Part shown: positions 1 through 8,375 of the stretch, piece after piece
How positions within the stretch are numbered: position 1 is the stretch's first letter
Layout of the letters: the number at the start of each line of letters is the position of its first letter
NCBI GenBank assembly: GCA_965197745.1
Contig: CBDANS010000006.1
Coordinates: 960,001-1,024,000 of the forward strand
Direction of reading: 5' to 3'
Length of the DNA: 64,000 nucleotides
Source of the DNA: Opitutales bacterium
Lineage (GTDB): Bacteria; Verrucomicrobiota; Verrucomicrobiia; Opitutales; PNEW01
Notes under the pieces: model-generated
Seen by the model: the letters and a program-made list of their open reading frames with translations, nothing else
Databases searched by the model: none
What the model was told of the DNA's origin: nothing
Program-made: the position numbers and the translations under genes

Positions 1-393
1 GCCCAAATCCTGCGCGGCTTTCCAGACGGCATACGATTTTCTTTTACCAAAAGTTTCCTCTTCCCCCAGGGCTCTCGGTCGGATCCGCAATCCTTTACAC
101 CCTCGCTCTGTGACCCAGTATTTTAAGCGCTCGGCAGCGTCGGCTTCACGCGGGTCGACATAGCAGACGGCAGTGAAACGATGGGGATCAGCCGCCGCAC
201 TGTCTGCGACATAGGAATTATCTTCCCCCGGGAAAAGTGGCTGGACAAGGACGGCTTTATCTATTCCGTGTTCATCCATGTACTGCATCAGCAGTTCGAC
301 AGGAACATCAGAACAGGGACTGATAATGGTAATCGAAGGATCGGGATGATTGCGAACCGCTCGCCAGATATGAAGATGCGCGTCTATGATCAT
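1..393 (-). CDS. Amidohydrolase family protein (amidohydro_2-like), 5' part; runs off the window
   Basis: Not in the ORF track. Manual translation from ATG at 393 gives MIIDAHLHIW...LLMQYMDEHGIDKAVLVQP...GCKGLRI, with the DxHxH metal motif typical of this family. Confidence 0.85.
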   Translation of the reverse strand, partial: MIIDAHLHIWRAVRNHPDPSITIISPCSDVPVELLMQYMDEHGIDKAVLVQPLFPGEDNSYVADSAAADPHRFTAVCYVDPREADAAERLKYWVTERGCKGLRIRPRALGEEETFGKRKSYAVWKAAQDLG

Positions 394-440
394 ACAATTT
401 AGAATAGAGTATTCATTTAACTGATTTTTTCAGTGAAAAT

Positions 441-1241
441 TTAATAAGGCAACAAACCGCCGGCCACATTGATTGTATCAGAAGTCATGTAGTTGGCATC
501 ATCGGAGGCCAGGAATGCCACAACATTTGCCACATCTTCGGGTTTCTGAATGCGGGCCAACGGGATGCTGGCAACTATTCTTTCAAGGACCGAACCGCGA
601 GTGACGCCTTCCAGATCTGCCATTTCACGGTCGATAAGCTCCCACATCGGAGTGTCAACAATGCCGGCACAAATACAGTTTACGAGAATCTGGTGATCGG
701 AGAGTTCAAGGCCTAGCTGCTTTCCAAATCCAACTACCGCGTGCTTGCTGGCGGCATAAGCGCCCAAAAACATTCCTTTACCCGGTGCTATCTTTCCGGC
801 ACCTGATGCATTTATAATTATCCGTCCTCCCTTACCCTGTTTTATCATTTGCCTGGCGGCCGCTTTACTACAAAGAAAGGTGCCTTTGGCGTTGACCTCC
901 ATAAGCCGATCCCAGGTCTCGTCATCGGTATCTATTAATGGGGCGACTGCGCCAATCCCCGCATTGTTGACAAGAATGTCCAGTTGGCCGAACGCCGTGA
1001 TTGTCTCGTCAATCATCCTCTCGACATCGTCTTTTTGTGTCACATCGACTTTTATTCCGATTGCTTTACTGCTCACTGAATTAATTTCTGCCGCAGTGGC
1101 CTCTGCCGTTTTTCCATCAATATCAGTAACCACTACGGCAACGCCCTCACGTGCTAATCGTTGCGCAATGGCTTTGCCGATACCCCGACCCGCACCGGTC
1201 ACGATTCCTGCTTTACCCTGAAGTTCCTCATACTTTGGCAT
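441..1241 (-). CDS. SDR family NAD(P)-dependent oxidoreductase (acetoin reductase/polyol dehydrogenase-like)
   Basis: TGAGRGIG Rossmann motif, NNAG, YAASK catalytic motif. Confidence 0.92.
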   Translation of the reverse strand: MPKYEELQGKAGIVTGAGRGIGKAIAQRLAREGVAVVVTDIDGKTAEATAAEINSVSSKAIGIKVDVTQKDDVERMIDETITAFGQLDILVNNAGIGAVAPLIDTDDETWDRLMEVNAKGTFLCSKAAARQMIKQGKGGRIIINASGAGKIAPGKGMFLGAYAASKHAVVGFGKQLGLELSDHQILVNCICAGIVDTPMWELIDREMADLEGVTRGSVLERIVASIPLARIQKPEDVANVVAFLASDDANYMTSDTINVAGGLLPY

Positions 1242-1300
1242 TGTATTTCCCCTCTCGCATTAGATGCTTTTTAATGCTAATCAAATTGCCCTAAACGTTC

Positions 1301-1771
1301 TTATGATGGCTTCAAGTCGAGTTCCATTAATTCGAGAATGAATCCATCCGGATCCTTGAAGAAAACAACTTTGACGACGCCGTATTCCCATTCCTCACCC
1401 AAATCAAAACTTACGGGCGCGGATATAAATTCAACCCCCTTTTTTCGCAATTCGTCATAGGTTGCGTCTATGTCGTCTACGCCAAAACAGAAATGGGAAT
1501 GATTGGCCATGCCTAACGCGGCATTGGCTATTTCACCTTTCGGTTTAATATACTGCTGTAAATCTACAAGAATATCGGGGGTGTCAGGGGATGCGAGTCG
1601 GACAACCTGCATGACAACTTCGGGTTTGCCTGCCATCGTTGAAATTGTCTCACCCTCAAGCAGGTGTCGTTCAATTTCTTTCAATCCCATAATATCTTTA
1701 TAAAAAGGCAGTGACCTTTCGAGATCACTCACCGTCACCGCTACATGATCCAGGTTTTTAACAAATCCCAT
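1301..1771 (-). CDS. VOC/glyoxalase family protein
   Basis: LDHVAVTVSDLERSLPFY, HFCFGVDDID, FFKDPDGFILEL motifs. Confidence 0.9.
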   Translation of the reverse strand: MGFVKNLDHVAVTVSDLERSLPFYKDIMGLKEIERHLLEGETISTMAGKPEVVMQVVRLASPDTPDILVDLQQYIKPKGEIANAALGMANHSHFCFGVDDIDATYDELRKKGVEFISAPVSFDLGEEWEYGVVKVVFFKDPDGFILELMELDLKPS

Positions 1772-1794
1772 AACAATTCCTTAGTTTAATTTAA

Positions 1795-2994
1795 TTATTT
1801 AAATAACGGGGCCGGCTTTTCAAAGGTATTCTTTAATGACTTTAAAAATTGTGCGGCCGCGACCCCATCCACCGCTCGATGATCCACGTTGAGCGTAACC
1901 TGCATCATCGGTCTGAGGACAATTTTCCTCGTTGCTCCGACCGGCATTTCTTTCACTGCACCTACGGAAAGAATCCCCACTTCAGGGGGATTTATGATGG
2001 AGGTAAACTGCTCTATGCCATACATGCCTAGATTTGAAATAGTGAATGTGCTTCCACTCATTTCCTCTTTTCTTAAGCGTTGCTTATGGACACGATCCGT
2101 CAGCCCACTCAACTCCAATTGAATATTTTCTAGGCTCAAACTTTGCGCATTGCGAATAACCGGAATCATTAACCCCTCTTCCAGGGCGACGACAATTCCA
2201 AGATGTACCGCATGATACTGATGAATTTCATCATCAATGATATGTCCATTAATCCTTGGGTGTTGGGTTAAGGTTTTAGCAACGGCTCTGGACAAAAGTG
2301 AAGTAATAGTAACTTTGCTATCATCTTTTGCATGTTTTTCATTCCATTCATTAATTAAGCGTGTCGCTTTGCTCATATCGATTGAAAGGGTCAATGATAT
2401 ATGCGGCGCGTTCTGATGACTTTGTTTCACGCGCTCAGCTATGGCCCGCCGCATGCCCTTGATTTCAATAACCTCATATTTGTTCTTCTTCAATAGATCA
2501 TCGACCTTAACGCTTCCGACATTGATAATGTTATTGGCGTGGACTGCGCCGTCGGAACCGGTCTCTGATAGAGACCTTATATCGATATCCAGTTCGGAAG
2601 CCAGTCGTCTCGCTTTCGGTGAAGCGGCTACCAGCCTGGGCATTTTTGTTCCCGTTATGGCTGTTGCTCCAGCTTTTGAAACCTGAGGGGGGCTTTCGCT
2701 CTGTGATTTTTCTTTCTCGGCGCTCAATATTGTCTCCCGCTTCGGGATTTTTTCCCCTTCATCGACGAGAAAAGCTATTACCTGGCCAACCGGTATTTTA
2801 TCGCCGGCCCTGGCTGAAACATTGGATATAATTCCGGTTCCTGGCGCCTCTATTTCTATCACGGCCTTGTCAGTCTCGACTTCAAACAGGGGATCACCCT
2901 TGCTTACCATTTCTCCTTCGGGCTTTAACCAGCTTATGAGAACGCCCATATCCTGAGCCATCTCCAGAGCTGGCATCACTATCTCTATGGCCAC
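1795..2994 (-). CDS. 2-oxoacid/acetoin dehydrogenase E2, dihydrolipoamide acyltransferase
   Basis: Lipoyl site ETDKA, subunit-binding motif ASPKARRLA, catalytic DHRAVDG. Confidence 0.93.
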   Translation of the reverse strand: MAIEIVMPALEMAQDMGVLISWLKPEGEMVSKGDPLFEVETDKAVIEIEAPGTGIISNVSARAGDKIPVGQVIAFLVDEGEKIPKRETILSAEKEKSQSESPPQVSKAGATAITGTKMPRLVAASPKARRLASELDIDIRSLSETGSDGAVHANNIINVGSVKVDDLLKKNKYEVIEIKGMRRAIAERVKQSHQNAPHISLTLSIDMSKATRLINEWNEKHAKDDSKVTITSLLSRAVAKTLTQHPRINGHIIDDEIHQYHAVHLGIVVALEEGLMIPVIRNAQSLSLENIQLELSGLTDRVHKQRLRKEEMSGSTFTISNLGMYGIEQFTSIINPPEVGILSVGAVKEMPVGATRKIVLRPMMQVTLNVDHRAVDGVAAAQFLKSLKNTFEKPAPLFK

Positions 2995-3005
2995 GTTACA
3001 ACTCC

Positions 3006-4007
3006 TTAATTTCCCAGTAACTGTTTTGCGGTCTTCACTATCCCCTCCACATCGGGTATCGTCTGGTCTTCTAATATGGGAGAAAATGGGACAGGAACAT
3101 CCATCGCGCCTATTCGCCGCACCGGAGAATCAAGAAAATAAAATGCTTTCTCGTTGATCACTGAAGCGACCTCCGCCGTTATCCCAAAGCTCTGATAGCC
3201 CTCATCGATAACAATGCATCGCGAGGTCTTCATCGCGGATTCCACTAGTTTTTCCTCATCAATGGGGGTTATACTTCTCAAGTCGATAACTTCTGCGGAA
3301 ACGCCGCCTTCTTTCAGTTTAATCGCGGCTTCGAGAGCGACCAGTACCATGCTTGAAGTCGCAATTAAGGTTATATCCTCTCCCGCACGTTTAATATCAG
3401 CTTTACCAAAGGGGATGGTGTATTCTTCCGCAGGATCAGGAACCATGCCTTTTGTTTGATAATTCATCTTATCCTCAAAGAAGATAACCGGATTGTTATC
3501 GCGTATCGCTGTCTTGAGCAGTCCCTTGGCGTCATAGGGAGAAGAAGGCAGCATCACTTTCAGCCCGGGAATATGAGCAAACCAGGCCTGCAGACTCTGT
3601 GAATGCTGCGCCGCCGCCCGTCTGCCTGCGCCCATGAGGGTGCGAATAACAATGGGGACCTGGTAATTCCCCCCCGACATATAATGCGTCTTTGCCGCCT
3701 GGTTAACCAACGAGTCCATGACCAGGGTAAGGAAATCGCAAAACATGATTTCAACAATGGGACGCATGCCAGTCATCGCTGCTCCCACACCTAACCCCGT
3801 AATCCCCGCCTCAGATATCGGGCTATCTATTATCCGTTCCGGACCAAATTTATCAAGGATGCCATCGGTCACTTTAAATACACCACTGGCACTAGCCACA
3901 TCTTCACCTATGAGTATTACTTTTTCATCGCGCTCCATTTCTTCGCAGAGTGCTTCATTAATTGCCTGAAGATTGGTAATCTCGCGTCCGTTACTCGGCA
4001 TAGACAT
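3006..4007 (-). CDS. TPP-dependent dehydrogenase E1 beta subunit (AcoB/PdhB-like)
   Basis: IGEDV, DSPISEAGI, GMRPIVEIMF, AQHSQS motifs; operon context. Confidence 0.93.
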   Translation of the reverse strand: MSMPSNGREITNLQAINEALCEEMERDEKVILIGEDVASASGVFKVTDGILDKFGPERIIDSPISEAGITGLGVGAAMTGMRPIVEIMFCDFLTLVMDSLVNQAAKTHYMSGGNYQVPIVIRTLMGAGRRAAAQHSQSLQAWFAHIPGLKVMLPSSPYDAKGLLKTAIRDNNPVIFFEDKMNYQTKGMVPDPAEEYTIPFGKADIKRAGEDITLIATSSMVLVALEAAIKLKEGGVSAEVIDLRSITPIDEEKLVESAMKTSRCIVIDEGYQSFGITAEVASVINEKAFYFLDSPVRRIGAMDVPVPFSPILEDQTIPDVEGIVKTAKQLLGN

Positions 4008-4968
4008 GCTTTAATACTGATTCAGGTTTCGGATAAGGAGACTTCTGACCAAATTCTATTCCCCTTTCAATTTCCTCGTTAACGTCATCCCGGATAGCAT
4101 CCAGTTCACTGCTGGAAATCCTCTCGTCCTCCAGGATCTGTCTATTCAAATTGTCAATGGGATCGCGCTTTTCTCGCCATTCGCTTTCTTCATCACGGGT
4201 GCGGTAGGGCCGGTTCCGATCGCCCATTCCGTGACCATAATAGCGATATGTGCTGAATATGAGAAAACTTGGTCCCTCCCCATTTCGCGCTCGTTCAGTT
4301 GCTGATGACATAGCTTCGTATACATCCAGCACATTCATTCCGTCTACGGATATTGAAGGAATGCTAAAGGCTTCACCGCGCATTTTTACCGTTCCCGCGG
4401 TGACTCGCCTCATCGGAGTGTACTCGCCATACTGGTTGTTTTCGCAAGCGAAGATAACGGGTAAATTCCAGATCGATGCCATGTTCATGGATTCTGAGAG
4501 AATTCCCTGGTTTAACGCTCCATCGCCGAAAAAACTGACACTCACTCGGTTGTTCTTTTGTAACTTTGCACTGAGCGCCGCTCCAGTGGCAATAGAGATC
4601 CCGCCTCCGACAATACCGTTGGCTCCGAGATTTCCCCCTTCCTGGTTGGCAATGTGCATGGATCCCCCTTTTCCCCGACAATATCCGTCTTCTTTTCCAA
4701 ACAACTCGGCAAACATTCGACCCACGTCAGCGCCTTTGGCCAGGCAGTGCCCGTGACCGCGGTGCGTGCTTGTAATATAGTCCTCCTGGTTCAACGCCGC
4801 GCAAACACCCACCGCCACAGCTTCCTGCCCCACAGAGACATGGGCGATTCCCGTGATTAATGTTTTTTCATACAGCCGCAATACCTGTTCTTCAAATTCC
4901 CGTACCGTCATCATCTGACGGTATAAATCTAAAAGAAATTTTTTTTCATACTGCTTTGTCATAAGCAA
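3991..4968 (-). CDS. TPP-dependent dehydrogenase E1 alpha subunit (AcoA/PdhA-like)
   Basis: STHRGHGH, GKGGSMH, TPP motif GDGA...ENN, YRYYGH; start may be the ATG at 4962. Confidence 0.93.
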   Translation of the reverse strand: MLMTKQYEKKFLLDLYRQMMTVREFEEQVLRLYEKTLITGIAHVSVGQEAVAVGVCAALNQEDYITSTHRGHGHCLAKGADVGRMFAELFGKEDGYCRGKGGSMHIANQEGGNLGANGIVGGGISIATGAALSAKLQKNNRVSVSFFGDGALNQGILSESMNMASIWNLPVIFACENNQYGEYTPMRRVTAGTVKMRGEAFSIPSISVDGMNVLDVYEAMSSATERARNGEGPSFLIFSTYRYYGHGMGDRNRPYRTRDEESEWREKRDPIDNLNRQILEDERISSSELDAIRDDVNEEIERGIEFGQKSPYPKPESVLKHVYAE

Positions 4969-5181
4969 AAACGATTTATTATCGTATGGTCCTCACTCCT
5001 CTATAATGCAATCTAAATCCATCATCCCCATTACCCTATAGGGGTGCTCTTAATACGGGTTATATATTTCTATGTACGTTTAACGTTTTTTTAACATTAC
5101 AACTCTTGCTAATTTACACTAAATATTTTAAAGAAAAGACGAAAACTATATTTATAGTTAAAATTTTAAAAGAAATTCTCT

Positions 5182-5583
5182 ATGATGGGTAAAAAGACAT
5201 TGCGGGCTACCAAACAACGCCATGCCATTAAAAAAGCCTTTGAAGATGCGGCTCGCCCGCTGGGGCCGAAAGAAATTCTTCATATCGCCGGTAAATCGGT
5301 GCCGAACCTCGGCATAGCCACTATCTATCGCAATATCAAGGTAATGATCGATGAAGGCGAATTGGAAACCGTAGATTTACCCGGACAGGCATCGCGCTAT
5401 CAACGACCATCGGAAGATAATCAGCAGCTGATTATATGTGAGAATGACGATTCAGTATTCACCCTTAAGTCCGATATCGAAGGGTTTGAACCTGAACTGC
5501 CTGAAGGTTTTGTTTTAAAACGCTACCAGATTATCTATTACGGAGAATACAAAAGCACTCCGGATAAATCCAATCAAAGGTAA
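5182..5583 (+). CDS. Fur-family transcriptional regulator with degenerate metal sites
   Basis: Winged-helix region RATKQRHAI...LGIATIYRNIK is Fur-like; C-terminal GF..KRYQIIYYG pattern retained. Confidence 0.8.
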   Translation: MMGKKTLRATKQRHAIKKAFEDAARPLGPKEILHIAGKSVPNLGIATIYRNIKVMIDEGELETVDLPGQASRYQRPSEDNQQLIICENDDSVFTLKSDIEGFEPELPEGFVLKRYQIIYYGEYKSTPDKSNQR

Positions 5584-5615
5584 GTTCCGGTGTTATCCCG
5601 GGTAGGAGCTCAAGT

Positions 5616-6242
5616 TTACTTGGGGATTCTTATGATCTGGCCAATTTGCAGACGGTGAGGATCTATACCGGGATTGGCCGCTAAAAATTCCTGCCTGTTC
5701 TTTCCATACTTTCGCGCGAGCTCGTTAATGGTATCACCCCCTTGTTTGCGATGATAAATGGTCGTTGGTATTTCAAGAGAAGGGGTTTCTATCCTTGTTA
5801 TATTAACTTTTTCGATGGTCGGTGGGGGTTTCATGGGCTCCAACTGCGCGTCATTGTTATCGGCCAGAATATACATCTGGTTTGAATTACGAATAATCTG
5901 CTCGCGGTTAATCTTTACTTCATAGCTGACAGAATCGAAGGCATCTTGAGTCTGCCTGACCGCACTGCGCATCTGTTCTTTCATCTGCGTTATTTCAGAA
6001 CTTATTTTATACAAACGCTCTTCCACCGTTGAATTCACTTTGCCCTGGTGCCCTGCCTCGCCCGGTGACGCTTTTCTCAGTTCTGCGATTTCTTTTTTTG
6101 CGGCACTTCCAGACAGTAGACCGATGGCCCCAAGAATGATCCCAACGAACCCGATCATGCCAAGTATTAAGGGGATAGCGATGTTCCGAAAATTACGGTC
6201 GGGTCTTTCCTCTTTGAGGTAAAATAGGTCCCTATCCAACAT
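5616..6242 (-). CDS. Membrane-anchored LysM peptidoglycan-binding protein
   Basis: N-terminal TM helix, coiled-coil segment, C-terminal LysM (GDTINELARKYG...ANPGIDPHRLQIGQIIRIP). Confidence 0.85.
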   Translation of the reverse strand: MLDRDLFYLKEERPDRNFRNIAIPLILGMIGFVGIILGAIGLLSGSAAKKEIAELRKASPGEAGHQGKVNSTVEERLYKISSEITQMKEQMRSAVRQTQDAFDSVSYEVKINREQIIRNSNQMYILADNNDAQLEPMKPPPTIEKVNITRIETPSLEIPTTIYHRKQGGDTINELARKYGKNRQEFLAANPGIDPHRLQIGQIIRIPK

Positions 6243-6397
6243 TAAACTTTAATATTAAAATATTTTCCTCTCAGCGCAAGCGCGTTTCACCTAATGCTTT
6301 CTGCTTACCGCAAATTCACTTAATCCCTTTTCAACTCATCACCCTCAAAGAAACCATTGACAAATGATGGTATTCTTTTCCTTTGATCAAGTTAGAT

Positions 6398-6476
6398 CGG
6401 GGCGTAGCACAGCCTGGTTTAGTGCGCCTGCTTTGGGAGCAGGAGGTCGCCAGTTCGAATCTGGCCGCCCCGACCA
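6398..6476 (+). tRNA. tRNA-Pro(TGG)
   Basis: CGGGGCG/CGCCCCG acceptor stem, anticodon arm CCTGC-TTTGGGA-GCAGG, T-loop GTTCGAAT, encoded CCA. Confidence 0.97.
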
Positions 6477-6674
6477 CTTATTTTTTCGCAGTTTAATCTC
6501 TTAAGTATTTTATTATCAATGATATAAGGAATAAATAATCACTTAGATTACATGTATGAATGATTTATATGATAAAAATAGGGGGGTATTCTACATAAAA
6601 GGCTTGCTCTCCCTCATATTTAATTATAATTAAATGTCACTATTACTAATAAAGTCTACTACTAATAGGGTTAT

Positions 6675-7586
6675 ATGTTAAAACCTTACACTCTGGACGA
6701 TCTGGATACGAGTAAAGCCAGCATCGTAGAAAAGGCCATTTTGGAAATACAAAAGACGGTATTTCCGCGAGCTAACACGGCGATGATTTCCCAGTTATTC
6801 GCTGATGTAGTCGCCATGTTTGAGGGCACATTTTGGGATTACCAGGCCATGGACACGGCCTATCATAATCTGGAGCATACCATGCAAGCCACCCTTTGTT
6901 GGGCTCGTCTTATCGCCAGCCGCCATCTCGAGAAGGTGGAACCTATAATGTCGGAAAGAGATTTTGAAAACGGTCTCCACGCCTTACTCCTCCATGATAT
7001 TGGCTATCTTAAAGAAAGAGGTGACAACGTAGGAACGGGAGCAAAATACACATTTATGCATGTGCAAAGGAGCTGCGAACTTGCCGATCTTTACCTCATT
7101 AAAAAAGATTGGTCTCGATTTGAAATATATGTCGTTCAACACATCATCTCCTGCACTGGCCCGCGCAGCATTATTGATGCAGTACCTTTTAACAATGAAA
7201 TGGAAAGAATCATGGGCGAAGCGGCATGTGCCGCCGATTATTTAGGGCAGATGAGTGACCCCCAATACAAACAGAAACTGCTCTCTCTTTTTATGGAATT
7301 TGAAGAGTCAGATGATTATCGCAAAATCTTAAAAGAAGATCGCATGTTTAAAAGCAGTGAGGAAATTCTCCGCAGCACCCCTTATTTCTGGGATAATATC
7401 GTTATACCGAAACTCGATAAAGATTGTCATAGTCTCTATAAATATCTTTCCCAACCTTATCCCGATGGTGTAAATCCTTATTTACAAAAAGTTGAAGAAC
7501 ATATCGCGACCATACGAAAATGGTATACTAGCCTGGATTCCTGGGAAAGGTACTTTGGGAAAAGGTCATTAAATATGGGTGGCTAA
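6675..7586 (+). CDS. HD-domain metal-dependent phosphohydrolase-like protein
   Basis: YHNLEHT...LLHDIGY...H...AADYLGQMSDP: H...HD...D signature. Confidence 0.8.
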   Translation: MLKPYTLDDLDTSKASIVEKAILEIQKTVFPRANTAMISQLFADVVAMFEGTFWDYQAMDTAYHNLEHTMQATLCWARLIASRHLEKVEPIMSERDFENGLHALLLHDIGYLKERGDNVGTGAKYTFMHVQRSCELADLYLIKKDWSRFEIYVVQHIISCTGPRSIIDAVPFNNEMERIMGEAACAADYLGQMSDPQYKQKLLSLFMEFEESDDYRKILKEDRMFKSSEEILRSTPYFWDNIVIPKLDKDCHSLYKYLSQPYPDGVNPYLQKVEEHIATIRKWYTSLDSWERYFGKRSLNMGG

Positions 7587-7610
7587 AGAAGGCCTTCCAT
7601 TATTGCTTCA

Positions 7611-7632
7611 AAGGGTGTAAGCCCTTTTTTTT
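7611..7632 (+). terminator. Possible intrinsic terminator after the HD gene
   Basis: AAGGG-TGTAAG-CCCTT hairpin followed by a T run; the stem is short. Confidence 0.4.
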
Positions 7633-7762
7633 AAAAAACTGAAGGCGAATTATTAAAATTCGCTTGAAATAAGCGCCATCGGTTGATCATTTATAGATAC
7701 GCGTTTATGCAATACCGGTGTGAATAGTAATATTTCGTATTCCCTGATTATCTGCAATTTCA

Positions 7763-8140
7763 ATGAAAAGCATACTCTTAGTGGAAGACAATGAGGACAA
7801 TGAGGATTACATCATGGATTTGCTGTCCGGCCAATATGAAATCAACTGGTATCGCAGCGGCATGGACGCTTTAGAATATTTAGAAAACCCAGACGCCGCA
7901 GCTCCTGATATTTTTCTTCTTGATATAAGTTTACCCGGCATTGATGGGGTCACGCTTCTAGGAAAAATTCGTTCGCTTAACGCCTTTGAAAATATCCCAA
8001 CTATAGCTTTAACCGCACATGCCATGTCAACTGACCGGGACCGCTTCCTGGGAGCCGGTTTTAATGGCTATGTCACCAAGCCCATCGTTGATGAAGGGGT
8101 TTTGGTAGAGGAAATCGAACGGCTCACCCCTGCGGGTTAA
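7763..8140 (+). CDS. Single-domain response regulator (CheY/DivK-like receiver)
   Basis: LLVEDNED, LLDISLPGIDG (phospho-Asp), ALTAHA, TKP. Confidence 0.93.
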   Translation: MKSILLVEDNEDNEDYIMDLLSGQYEINWYRSGMDALEYLENPDAAAPDIFLLDISLPGIDGVTLLGKIRSLNAFENIPTIALTAHAMSTDRDRFLGAGFNGYVTKPIVDEGVLVEEIERLTPAG

Positions 8141-8154
8141 GGGTTATGCCCTAA

Positions 8155-8232
8155 GGGGAGCGGGTAGTCCTGGCACGCTTTTTTATATCCTTTAACAATC
8201 GAACAAACGCGCTGGGGACAGCACCACCCTAT
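8155..8232. repeat. Degenerate REP-like pair (GCTGTCCCCAGC family)
   Basis: GCGCTGGGGACAGC here; related GCGTGCTGGGGACAGC near 12493-12508 and GGGCTGTCTCAGCACGC near 13366-13382. Confidence 0.5.
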
Positions 8233-8375
8233 ACTCAATCGTAGAAGTTTAAGAGCGCGCAGCTATGGTCATGAAGTTGTATGACTATGACGGGCCAGGA
8301 GTGTGGAAGAAAATAAAAGTTCCTTAGTCTCTTAATCTCTTATTCACAGCGCCGTATTTAATTACCTATACGGCG

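Noticed and set aside
6398..6675. Genomic island integrated at tRNA-Pro
   Set aside because: No integrase and no duplicated tRNA 3' end seen in the window.
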